A DNA stretch of 51,756 nt from Ionaspis alba (Eukaryota). Positions 37,701 to 49,026 of this stretch are shown here, piece after piece. Made by a program: the position numbers and the translations under genes. Positions within the stretch are counted from its first letter, which is position 1, and every line of letters begins with the position of its first letter. The stretch covers positions 1-51,756 of the forward strand of contig CAXUUL010000033.1 of the NCBI GenBank assembly GCA_964255285.1, read 5' to 3'. Below the pieces are notes generated by a model. The model saw only the letters and a list, made by a program, of their open reading frames with translations, was not told where the DNA came from and did not search any database.

Positions 37701-38408
37701 ACTAAGTGAAGGCACACTCCCGTCTTTGCCTATCGTCCAATGAACACAGAGTGTGGTTGGTCACATAGCAATAGCAACGCTTGTTTATTCGCTGAATGCC
37801 CACATGTTCGTGGAACAAGTCCCTCATATACTGCTTACAGGATTGATGAGGCGCATGGATTCGGAGTGAGACGGTTCTAGCATTGCGTTCGGGGCATCTT
37901 TCGAAAAGCCTCGGTAGAAGACAGACAGCTGAGGTCGAATAGCCACTTCTCCTATGCCCAAGAGTCCCGAGTGATCTCCCGGCTGCTCGATTACTCTTAC
38001 CCTTGATATCCTCCCCTTCTCCTAGGGCTACTTTTGCTCTGCATTGAGAGCAAATTCTGTAGCGTCCACTTATCAGCAAGAGCCAAAGAAGGCGTCGACC
38101 GGTAGTAAGAATAGCGTACTCCAGTCAGAGATGACCTTCACGGTGTGCAAAGCCCCTAAAGAGTTCTTCCTGAATGCCATATGCTCTACTCCTCGAACGT
38201 CCCTCTTTACGTGAACGGCGGCATGTTGGGTAGGGAGCAAGACAACTCGGCCATATGCTCCGTGGTCTAACTATATAGCCTCTAGTCCTCAAGTAGTCTA
38301 ACATGGGTTTCATACGTGTAGCAAATAGAAACGATTTCATTAATGAAGCACCATATCAAGGTGCAAAGCTCCACAGGGGTATGCCTATCAACGCCCGTTA
38401 ACGCCCAG

Positions 38409-39566
38409 TCACTCCATATCCTCAACCACCTTCTTCAAATTCATTATATACTTCATCTCCTTCAAAACGGAGTTCATCTCCCCAGCCGTCCCGTCATTGA
38501 CCTCATCGTTGCGCTTAGCCCTCTCCACAATCCCCCTCATCGACTCCTCCTTCACGGCCTTGTACTCTTCGAACTCATTCAGCACCTTCTTGTAGTTGGC
38601 CCGGACCCCATCTCCATCCGCCCTCAGCTGTGCCGTCACAACTTCCATGGCTGCAAAGCGCTCTTTGTGTGCTTGCTCGTTGGCGCGTAGAGCTTCGATT
38701 TCGGCTTGGAGTTTGCGGATCTGGCGGGTGTGGGTGTCTTCGCGATGCGACCAGGAGATGGACATGACTTCGTAGGCACTGGTAGCTTTGGCGGCGACTT
38801 CCTTCTCGTGGGCCATGCTCTGGTTGTGTTCCTGAACAAACGTATCACGCTCGTCCGCAATCTCCTTCATCTGGCGTTCCGCCCTGACCCTGCGAGTTCG
38901 CTCCGATTCTAAATCTACCTTCATCTCTTTGATTTGGCGCTCCCTACGGTCCATCTGTCCATTGAGACTCTCCACGATTGTCTGAAGATTATCGTGGCTC
39001 GCTTGGATAGAACCTTGAACAGAGCGTGCAGATTCGGCGGTACGAATTTGTTCTTCGAGCTTGGCTTCCGAAAGCTTGATATCTCTCTTGAGCTTGTCGT
39101 TGACAGCTTGTAGCTGCTCGATAACGCGCCCCGATTTGCCTCCTACAGTTGCGCGACCGACGGCTGATGACCAGGTAGGTTCGGATTCGCTGGCTGGAGT
39201 GCCGGGCATTGAGGAATCACGTGTAGGCGACATGATGGAGGTATCGTGGTCGAAAGGTTGAGGAGAGGTGACTCGAGAGAGGGCTGTGGGACGAGTCTGT
39301 CGTGTCGGAGTGTCTTGTTCGGACGAAGTGTGGTTTGCGGTGCGGCTTGCAGCACGAGGGGCAGGAGTTGGAGAAGGAGCTGGCTGACGTGGAGAGCCTG
39401 GGTCGGAGAAGAGAGAGCTAGGGCTGTGGAAGTTCATGCTTGGAGAGAACCCGACCTCGTTCAACTGGACTCGTGGAGGGTCTGCGGAAACGTGAGTATG
39501 GTCTGCTTGATTTAATCCTCCATCACGAGACAGCTTTGCCTTCAGGATAGCACGTATCCCGGGCAT
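38409..39566 (-). CDS. Coiled-coil protein of the fungal family often annotated She3-like
   Basis: Single ORF from ATG 39566 (MPGIRAILKAKLS). A Ser/Pro-rich N-terminus is followed by WSSAVGRATVGGKSGRVIEQLQ and about 240 aa of heptad-rich helix ending EMKYIMNLKKVVEDME. The family label is recalled, not searched. Confidence 0.85.
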   Translation of the reverse strand: MPGIRAILKAKLSRDGGLNQADHTHVSADPPRVQLNEVGFSPSMNFHSPSSLFSDPGSPRQPAPSPTPAPRAASRTANHTSSEQDTPTRQTRPTALSRVTSPQPFDHDTSIMSPTRDSSMPGTPASESEPTWSSAVGRATVGGKSGRVIEQLQAVNDKLKRDIKLSEAKLEEQIRTAESARSVQGSIQASHDNLQTIVESLNGQMDRRERQIKEMKVDLESERTRRVRAERQMKEIADERDTFVQEHNQSMAHEKEVAAKATSAYEVMSISWSHREDTHTRQIRKLQAEIEALRANEQAHKERFAAMEVVTAQLRADGDGVRANYKKVLNEFEEYKAVKEESMRGIVERAKRNDEVNDGTAGEMNSVLKEMKYIMNLKKVVEDME

Positions 39567-40667
39567 CTTGAGGAGTTGATGATTACGGATTGCAGGACTT
39601 TGACAGGTAGACAAGAAATTGAAGGAGCGTACCGTTGGTAGAGTCTAACCTGAACGTCCTCATGCGTACCAGCTCTGGCTGCGGACTAGACTGTCGCGAC
39701 TTCATAGCAGCGTTTTAGTGCCCCGGCGGTCTAACTCAACGAGTTGTAGCAGCGATTTTCTTCAAGAGCCCCCACTGTAAGCTGTAGCTAACCACTCCGG
39801 ACACAGCAACAACAAGCAAGTCAACAATGCTAAAGACTTGCAATGTGGATCTAGCGAAGTGTTTCTTTGAAGAACCATTGAAGTACAGGGGAAGACTCGC
39901 ATGGTGCAAAGGAGGAGATTCCGTGTGGCAGGTGTCGTCAATGTGTCCCAGTGCAACTGCAATACGTTTCAGTAAACAAAGAGCTGCGGCGCCTGTAGCG
40001 GCAGCGTCTAATTTCGGATCACTGGTGCCGACAAATTGTGCAACTATTGGATTAGGCTTTGGATGGTTTAGAGCTACGGTGTAAGCGAGCTTGTTAACTC
40101 ATGATCTTGCTCTTGGTGTTGTGTACGAAGATATGATAAGCTGGGGTTTTCATGTTAATATATCTATATAGATGCACACACGCATACTTGAAGCCTAAGT
40201 ATGTTGTCTGCAGGTGCGAAGAGTCATCCAGGCCTTTTGCTTTTAGTTCCACGGCATTTCCCTATAGTCACGACTTAGTCATTGATAGTTGCAGTCAACA
40301 CTGATGGAAGCCTAAGCATTTTTGACCATAAATAAGTATGCTATGGTCCCAGAGTACAGAGCGTGATGTGCTCGACAATTTTTGTGTCCACCTCAACTCC
40401 AGTCGCTCAATTGCTCTCAGCATACAGAGTGGATGAAACCTCAACGGAATCAGAGCCACAGCAAAATCCCCATCTCAAATCACAACCCACAGTAATAAAC
40501 AATTTATCCTCCGTCAATGACTCAATTCGCTCATGATGCTGCTCAGAACATCTACGCTTCAGCGCCAGAATTAAGAGCTTAAAAACAAGTAGACACCAGA
40601 TCTGACACCTTTTGCTTCCAAAGCCACAACCTCACACGCCAAAGCAGTGACAAAAGAGATCGTCACC

Positions 40668-43600
40668 TTAACTAGCGGCAGAGCCCGCAGCAGAGCCAGC
40701 CGGACTGTTCTCCGCCGACTGCGCCTGCTTGAACTTCTCCGTTTCCTTTTCCACCACAAACACATCTCCTGGAGCACGCACAGCCTGACTGGTACCATGA
40801 TAGAAGTCACAGCGAAGCTTCAGGAAGCCAGTAGGATCGTCGAACACGGTGATGATATCACCCTGCTTCAAGACGCCGTAGTGCCATCCATCATTCTCCC
40901 TACTGGTCAACTTCACGTCGTTGACCCAGATGAACTGGCTGCAGCGAGTGAAGATGATAGCGCGGACGTCTTCCAATGTCGTCCAATCTGCTCCAGCATC
41001 GATTTCACGCTCAATGCCAGGACGCCAGAAGAGAATGTCGACGGCCCTTTTGGGCATGCGGGTGTCAAGATTATCTGGATAGACATGATCCAAGCTTGGA
41101 TCGCGACCAAAGGTGGTCATGCGTGATTCGAGGTTGATCGGTGTTTTGTAGGCCGACCCCGCAAGAGGAACCAGCCTTCCAAAGCGTGGAGCTGGCTTGA
41201 CAAATCCATCTACAGTGATTGCTGCACGAGTCTGCGAACCGGTCTTCTGCTCCATGACTCGATCGGGAGTTGTTTCTGTAGGTGTAGTCTTGCCTGCTAG
41301 ACCAGTTCGCGTAGGATTGATATCTTTCGTGGTGTCAGAAGTTGTACTGTTGGTAAGAGGATTAGGGAAATGAGCTCGGTCAGCCGAGTTGGAGGCAGCA
41401 ACGAAGCCCGCATATCCATCATGGATCTGTTGATGAGAAAGAGACCCCGATTTGCTGCTTTTGTATGCTTTCGGGTTGGGCTTGGCTGACCCGGAATGCT
41501 TCGAATTCCGTGGTGACTTCCTGGTGGCATGGATGCTCTCAGCTGCCACATCCTTCACGTCATACACCCCGCTGGAGTTCTTTGTAGTAGACGGAGATGA
41601 CTTTTTATGGCTCGCATTGGTTGAGTCATGGCTAAGTGCATTGGAGGCTGTAGAGATCGATTTGGTTTCAAGTGCAGTCGAAGAGATGACAGGACGTCTT
41701 TCGGTTGTGACGTTGGATGACAGACGTGAAGGACTGTGCTTCTTAGCACGCTTGGGTGTGACCTCGTTATCGGTGGCTTGCAGAGCCTGGCTGGAACGCT
41801 TCGAGCCTGTCATCGAGGATGTTGTTGGAGAAAGCTGACGACTCTTCGGTGTCTTCGGTGTCTTCGGTGTCGCTGGAGCGGACAATGCAGACTCAGGTGA
41901 AGCCATGTTCATTTGACCAATCTGCGCTTCTGCGCCAAGTAGACTCGGAGCTGAACCTACGGGATGATGGACGTAGGGACTGGGAAGTGCGGATGGATAT
42001 TGAAGGTTGTGTGGTAGAAGTTCTCCGGTTGTGAGGTGAGTGTTGATAATGTCGCTAGTTGGGTCATAGCTTCCTTCACTATCGCGACTTGGTCCGGCCG
42101 ACACTTGCCCTACGAAACCCAGAACACCAGAACTCTGCAAATCCGACGCGTCAATTTCACCAAACAGTCGACCAGCCTGCGGCTGACCAAAAGGCATGAC
42201 AGGGCCAAGATCAGTGTTTGGCAGGGTAGGATAAGTGATCGCCCGGTGACTGCCAGTTTGGTTTTGTCGGGTTTTAGCACGCTTCGATAGACGAGACAAA
42301 TCCATCTCGTCAACCTCAGAGACCTCATCTTCGTAAGTTTCAATGTCAGTATCCATGACTTCTGACTCCTGTGCATCTTTTGTATCGTTCAAGCTTAGTT
42401 GCGAAGCATCGAGCTGCTCCTCAGTTTCCTGCTCTTGTTCCTCTGGTATGTCATCTAAACCTTCAGGACGCTCATCGAGCTCGACAGTAAACTCGATCAC
42501 GTCAGGAACCTCCTTCAGCCAAGAGTGCCTGAGACACTTGACAGCAGAAAGTCGCAGAGTCGGGTCTCGGTGAAGAGTCTCTTTGAAGAAAGAGATGCCT
42601 GCCAAAGATATGCGTTGCTCCTTGAGTGGAGTGATGTTAAGCTCGTTCGTCATGATATCTTCAATCATCTCTGCTCCTTTGTTATCTGCAGACCCTTTGT
42701 AGGGTGGCTTGTCACAGAGTAACTGAAACACAACAGCCGCCAGTGACCAAACATCAACAGCGGAGCTGTAGGGCAGGGATATACGAGGGCTAGTATACAG
42801 TCAGTAAGTAGTGAAGGAAGATTCTTGATTCAACGTACATCTCTGGATGTCGAGGTCGCTTGAGTGAGTAACCACGCTTGTATCGATCGTAGTCAGGATA
42901 CACCTCTGGGGCACAGTAGAGTAAGGTACCACAGAATGTCTTCAACAGGGTTCCCTCTACCACGACCTTGGACAAGCCGAAGTCGGATAGCTTGACAACG
43001 AAGGGATCGTTGCAGGAGACGAGGATGTTGTCGGGCTTGATATCGCGATGAGTGATTCCACAATTGTGTAGATACCTCAAGGCATGGCACATCTGTCGAG
43101 TCACGGATTGACCAAGATCTTCCTTCATGTAGCGACAGACCGACGAGTATTTTGACAAATCCCCACAAGGAACGAATTCCATGATGATGTAGAGATGATG
43201 ATGTCTCTCCTCATAATCGAAGAATTTGACAATGTGTGGCTGGACGACAGAGAGTGAGTGGAATACCACAATATTTGGAGTTTAAACATACATGATCAAG
43301 CTTCTTCATGATATCCAGCTCATTGTTGAACTTGACATCAAGAATCCCGTCCTTGATGAACCTACGCTTCTCCAGCTCCTTGACAGCAAAGACTTCCCCC
43401 TCTCGTTTGGTGGCGAGCTTGTAGACATTGGCGAAAGCACCACGACCGACGTAAGCAACAACATTGTACTTATCGCCGCCGCTCCAACGCATTCCAAAGT
43501 TGTAGCGTTCGCTACCAGCGGTCAACATGGGATCCCGTGTGCCAGCTGTCGGCGTGATAACTCGTGGAACAAGCTCTTGGGTGGTCAATCCAGCAGTCTG

Positions 43601-44858
43601 AAGTACGTAAGCGATGTACCACCGAGTACCAGGAGAGACCATTACTCACCGTTGAAGCTTCTGAATCAGGGCCACCAATCAAGAACTTTGCTCGTGCTCG
43701 CTCGTTACTTACGATTTCATTCCTATGCTCGATGTAGTGAAGCAACTTCGCATTCCAATTGCACTTCGGATGGTCTCGAGATGGCACACTGACGACGAAC
43801 TTCAGTGTCTCTGTGTGTATACGGCTCCTGAGCTCAATGACAGTGCCCTGAGTAAGAATGTGCCTCTGAGGTAGTCCACTTCCTCGTCCGCGGAGAAGTT
43901 CGTTATCGACAAGAGTACCATTCATAGATGTATCCTCGAGCATGATGATCCCTTCATCGTTGAGATAGATCCGGAAGTGGGTGTTGCTGACGCCTCTTGG
44001 TTCCGTGTTCGTGTCGATGACGATGTCGCATTTTTCCGGATTGCGTCCAAATCGGAAGCCCATGATAATGTCCTTCACCTTGGACGAGAGGCGAAGGGCG
44101 ATGTCATGAGCAGAGCCTCCGTCACCAGAGCCTGCAGAGGGGGATGCGAGATCAGTCTCTTCGATGCCATCGTACTGCAAATCGTCGTCAAGGTTGCGGG
44201 AAAGCCCTTGGTTATTAAGAATGTGCTGAGGAGACACCTTAGCTACATTGTCGACAAGTCCGCAAGCCATCTTTGAGTTGGGATGAAGGATGCAGATCAC
44301 ATCGGACTGATCTACGTAGCTCATAGAACTGTTGTGCCCATAGCGACGAGGATCGAGGAAGGGCTGTGTGGACTGTGTCGGCTGATCCTCCATGTCTGCC
44401 CAGTCTCTATAACGAGGTGCTTCGATGGCAAGACGTCCGTTGATATTGATACCGTCTCTGTGAAGTGTCTACAAAAGATTCAGCCCGACATTCAAAACCA
44501 TAATAGGCAAAGTGCTCAGGATAAAAGGAAGTATGAAGACATGAACGGGGGTTGGAGTGTCTAAGCGAGACTTGGCAGAATATAGTAAACAAGGATGGAA
44601 ACCTACATATCGTCGCTTCTGAAGACACGTTCCACCTCGAATGATGACAGTATCTTCTGTATGAAAGCTAGAAGAGTCGTCCGGAGCTCCAGATTCAGCG
44701 CTATCTAGAGGCTCTTGACGGGACTTTTGGGTGCCTCCAGGATTCTCTTCAGCTCCACTGCAAACTGAGAGAGACGAGCAGCTTTCTGGTTCTTCCTGGC
44801 TATCAGGAATTTCTGCTTCGTAAGCCATGTCAGTATCGTTCTCATAGGGAGTAGTCAT
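40668..44858 (-). CDS. RAD53: Rad53/Chk2-family checkpoint Ser/Thr kinase (TQ/SQ motifs, FHA1, kinase, FHA2)
   Basis: Exons (44858-44607 tentative), 44468-43650, 43597-43292, 43239-42839, 42789-40668; the conserved start may be ATG 44393 (MEDQPTQSTQPFLDPRR). FHA1 GFRFGRNPEKCD..SNTHFRI..DTSMNGT; kinase VGRGAFANVY, AVK, HRDIKPDNIL, DFG, TFCGTLLYCAPE, DVWSLA; second FHA-like region TTFGRDPSLDHVYPDNLDTRMPKRA. Confidence 0.88.
41844..41870 (+). repeat. (CTTCGGTGT)x3 coding tandem repeat, encoding TPKTPKTPK in the kinase linker
   Basis: Read directly; the minus-strand translation is APATPKTPKTPKSRQ. Confidence 0.9.
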
Positions 44859-47800
44859 ATTGCTGCGTAGTGCTTGATGAAGTAATACTCGATCACACTG
44901 AAGAGATCGTGGGTACCCGCTGTCACGAGGTCTAGAGAACGAGGTCGTTGTACAACGATCGATGTAGGATTACAGTATTCAGAAACAACAGAGTATGGAG
45001 AGGGAGCTCGATACGCAAAGAGATTGAGGTGTAGAAGTTGGAGGGATGTGGGGGCGACGAAGGGTGGAGGATGGTTTTGGAGGAACACGGCGGAAGTGAT
45101 AAAACTCAAAAACGAAAGGGGGGCCGTACATTTTCGCAGTCACACAACCAATCCAGCCAACCACTAGCACCAATTCACCTTCTCCCCAGGACCAATCAAG
45201 CGGCGGACACCTTCGTGCAGATTATGTCCTTGGCCACAAGTCAACTGCACGTCTCAGTAGCGAGAAGGCCACCGTTCATTCACTGCTTCCGTCTCCTAGC
45301 AAACAACCGTCAGTGATGTAGCTCCGCCCCTGAGTCAGCTCCCGGTGACTTTTTGTTATCTTCACCCAAAAATCCACCCGCAATAGAAGTGCAATCATTC
45401 ATACCTATTTTATTTCTTGCACCTGCTCATATCATACCAATATATCTGGAAGAGATCAGCCAGGAGTCTGGGCCTCTGACGCTCCTCGTGGTTGTGCGGA
45501 GCGAGATCTCCCTCACTCAGCGTCTTCGATCCTCACCACCCAAGCCCAAGAAAGACTACAGTCCACCTCTCCAGCTCAATGCAGCTTCCGAACACCCAAA
45601 CATAAACCCTCTTTTTGCCTGTCCAAAGATCCTACCAGGAAGAGACACAGAAGATGTCATATAATTAATCAACAGGTATCTCCTCTCCCCACTCTCCTGC
45701 CTGTAGCCAACACTAATCTCAGACGCTCTGCAGGGTCGCCGTGAAATGTCGAATAGGGTCTGAGGTCCTGTTCCAAGACCTGACTGGTTCGAGAGCGCTT
45801 ACCTACAATGCTGTCTCACTCTCCAGAGGCTTGAGGGAGATGAGGAACCTCGAATTGGAGTGTAGAGCCAAACTCGGTGTCGATCCCTTCGCCTCAAGAT
45901 CTCTGCGACCGAGCGATTTCTGGCAACTTATATCCGCAACGCTATTTATAGATGTTCAACGGCTCTAGAAAGCTCTTCTTGCAGTCCTCGACGTCTTTCC
46001 ACAAGCTTCGACCCGTGGGAGTACTTTTCTTCCCTTCGTCAGATCGGAAAAGTCAACGATACCAATTTCCTTGAGATGCGTTTCCCAAACCTACTTACAG
46101 TCGTCTGCTCCCCTTGGGACTCTGCGTATTGGCAGATGAACACCGGGCGAAGGAAGAGCTAGAATATCTGCTATACCCGGAGGACTAGCTCTCGTCCAGG
46201 TTGTTGATTATGGTTGGCAAGCAACAATCCTTACCGAGAGCGTCGGCCCAATATCACAACAGCTTCAGACTTGAGCTTCACGACTTGCTTCAGGTCACCA
46301 ATGGTCTTCGTGGTGCCTTTGTGCCTTCGAAAATTGGTGGAGCAAAGGGCTGCTTCCAGGCTGCCGAAGCTCGCAAGATGTCTTCGATCAAGACCCAAAG
46401 ACAGACTGTCTAGACAAGATTCCGAAAGAAGGTTGGTCTAGAAGATGGACGGTACCACCTGTTGGCCAACAAGAGTTCAAAGTACCGAGACGAGCAGAAG
46501 AAATCTAGACGCAGAAGAGCAGGATACGTCAGCGTTTGCAAGATGGAGATATCATACGACACCAGAGTTCAATCAAAAAGTTGGATAAGATACTATGCAC
46601 ATGAGCATGTGGCTTTCCATCAGAAGCAAGATCTCAGTGGTCCACGAAGACCTTTAACATTCTGGTAGGTCTATAAAGAACGAGGTAAAGACCAAGGATG
46701 AAGGATGGCACAAATGCAGTACAACAAGGAGGATAAATCCAAGGAAAATCTCTATTGGAAAGAACGAAAAGAGGGCAAATTGACTATACGTCTCGATCGT
46801 TCTCCAGCTCGTCCGTGCTACCGACCAATGCCTCTGGCCAATCAACACAGGGGCAATTTCGTAGGCTTTGCCGGCAATCCTGACCAATACAAGCAGAAAG
46901 AAGGTGGTGTATACATGCAGAGAAAAACAATGCTACTCACAAATCTATATATGACAATCAAGAATTTGATGCTCTCTGGATTGCTTCCTTACAGAAGCAC
47001 TTACTTCTCCCGTTTCCTGTGGCGGTGGGAAATACTCACCCCTAGTCACGGGGTGGATAGTTGGATCCGGCAGGTCCGGACCAATTCTCGTTCGCCCTGG
47101 TAACGGCTGGCAGCAATCTGCCCTGTGGGACGGTGCGTTCCACAACTATTGTGGAGGTGTGCGGTCTGGTTTCTTATATATGACTGTGGTGGCTCGTGGT
47201 GATGAACCTCGATCCTTTGCCCACGGACACCCCAGAATATCTCGGCACGAGAGAGAAGGAAAAGAAATGGAGGCCAACAAGAGCGTGTCGAAAAACTCGA
47301 AATGGAAGGGAACGAGACAGAGATCTTCGAATTGAAGGAACGTTATCCGGCGACTACGGAGACATACCAGAGATCGCAAAATCAGACTAAAATCGATTCC
47401 GTCTGCGGCTGCTCGATCGTTTTCTAGTGGCCTCGATTGCACCCCTGCGAGGACTTGATGTGGTTACAGGCCCAGACACCCCTATTTCTGTCTTCAGAAT
47501 ACCAAAGCTTGGCAAAAATCTCTTCAACTCTTACCATGGGTGCTCCTGCTTAGGCTTTTGACAGAGCAAGAACCCACAATAGTGTTGGAGTCTCTGAACT
47601 CTAGATGATGCGAAAGATGCCGAGCCAGCCTCTGGCGGCCACTGCAACGGAGTCGCGCAGTCACAACTTAAGCGAGATCGGGAGCATCGATCCCCATGAA
47701 GATTCACGTATGCACTACAAACACCGAGAGTCTAGCTCTGCTCTCAGCACTTCCCGAGAGCTGGTTGTGCTTGTACCTCCTGAAAAGTTGATGATATCTC

Positions 47801-48813
47801 TTGGAACAGCGTCTCCCCCAAAGAGGTCTGTACACTTTGTCGAGAAAGACGGTTTATTTTTCTAAAGCGGAAGTATGGTTTGCGAGATCCTCCGGGTCAG
47901 AATGATGGCTATGTGGGTGCGCTTAACAGTTGAGAGTGATATCGTGATGGAGAAGGCGGAGGTGATAGAGTATTCGAAGATTGAAGGACTGCCGCAGATG
48001 GGTTGTGTAATGTGGTGGTGAAGTGTACGTGGGCGTATATCTGAAGCACCCCTGAGATCGAATCAGCACAATGAAACTTCAATACAATGAGATTGATCTG
48101 AAAAACTATATGAGACAGAGGGAAGAGGGCAAGTGTGTGGTGACGTCCAGGAGAAGATCATGACAGAAATGATCCAACTTCAGGACGGAAAAAGCCAAGC
48201 TGATCCCCGGAACGCTGGTGAACCCGCCATCTCAAGCGCTACGAGACTACCACCAGGTGATCAAGCACCCTGTGTGTCTCAAAAGTATCCAGAAAAAAGT
48301 GCGTGGTGTTAAGGGTAGAGACAAGCCCACTGAAGGACCGTCCTTCGAGACGTGAGCAAAGACCGTCGTCCTCGTAGAAGGGTACAGATTCGTTCGATTC
48401 CATGGGTCCGACGAGTCCAGTGGCCCAAGGACAAACTGCCGGACTGCTTTGACATGGAGGCCTCGAGTACGGACATCTGATTGTCCGATTTGCACACGCC
48501 CATCTGGTCAGCCATAAAGAATAAATATTCGACGGATCCTCCGGTCGGGAGGGACGTTCCTCATAGAGCCATTAGGTATGCCGAGTCTGTGCTCTTTTTG
48601 ACTCTGTGGCGGGGGATGAGTTTGGCGAGTCGAAAGGAAAGAAAGACCGGACATTCAGATGCTCGCTCACGATGACCGGACGCGGTTTCGTTCAAGTGAT
48701 TGGACGACATCTCGAACCATTTGGGGTGATTAAGAGGAGCTCGTCGAGTTCGGAGCGCATCGAGAACGGAGAAAGCACTTACAGAGAGGATATTCAGGTC
48801 CGAGGCAGCTTTG

Positions 48814-48873
48814 GGGTCTTCGCCAGGAGGGTCTTCGCCAGGAGGGTCTTCGCCAGGAGAGTCCTCAGCAGAA
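48814..48873 (+). repeat. 15-bp tandem repeat GGGTCTTCGCCAGGA x3 plus one degenerate copy
   Basis: Exact units at 48814-48828, 48829-48843 and 48844-48858, then GAGTCCTCAGCAGAA. Confidence 0.92.
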
Positions 48874-48926
48874 CGAGGTATATATGAGATATTATCGAGA
48901 GGGAGGAGAGCTGTTCCAAAAGGGAT

Positions 48927-49026
48927 NNNNNNNNNNNNNNNNNNNNNNNNNNNNNNNNNNNNNNNNNNNNNNNNNNNNNNNNNNNNNNNNNNNNNNNNNN
49001 NNNNNNNNNNNNNNNNNNNNNNNNNN
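48927..49026. other. Assembly gap (100 N) flanked by an exact 55-bp duplication
   Basis: 48872-48926 is identical to 49027-49081 (AACGAGGTATAT...CAAAAGGGAT). Confidence 0.95.

Noticed and set aside
3798..44858. Apparent checkpoint cluster of CDC55, RAD17 and RAD53
   Set aside because: The genes are 12-20 kb apart with unrelated genes between them. Nothing in the sequence supports more than chance linkage.
48814..48873. Short direct repeats considered as a CRISPR-like array
   Set aside because: The 15-bp units are contiguous with no spacers, there are no cas genes, and the context is eukaryotic.
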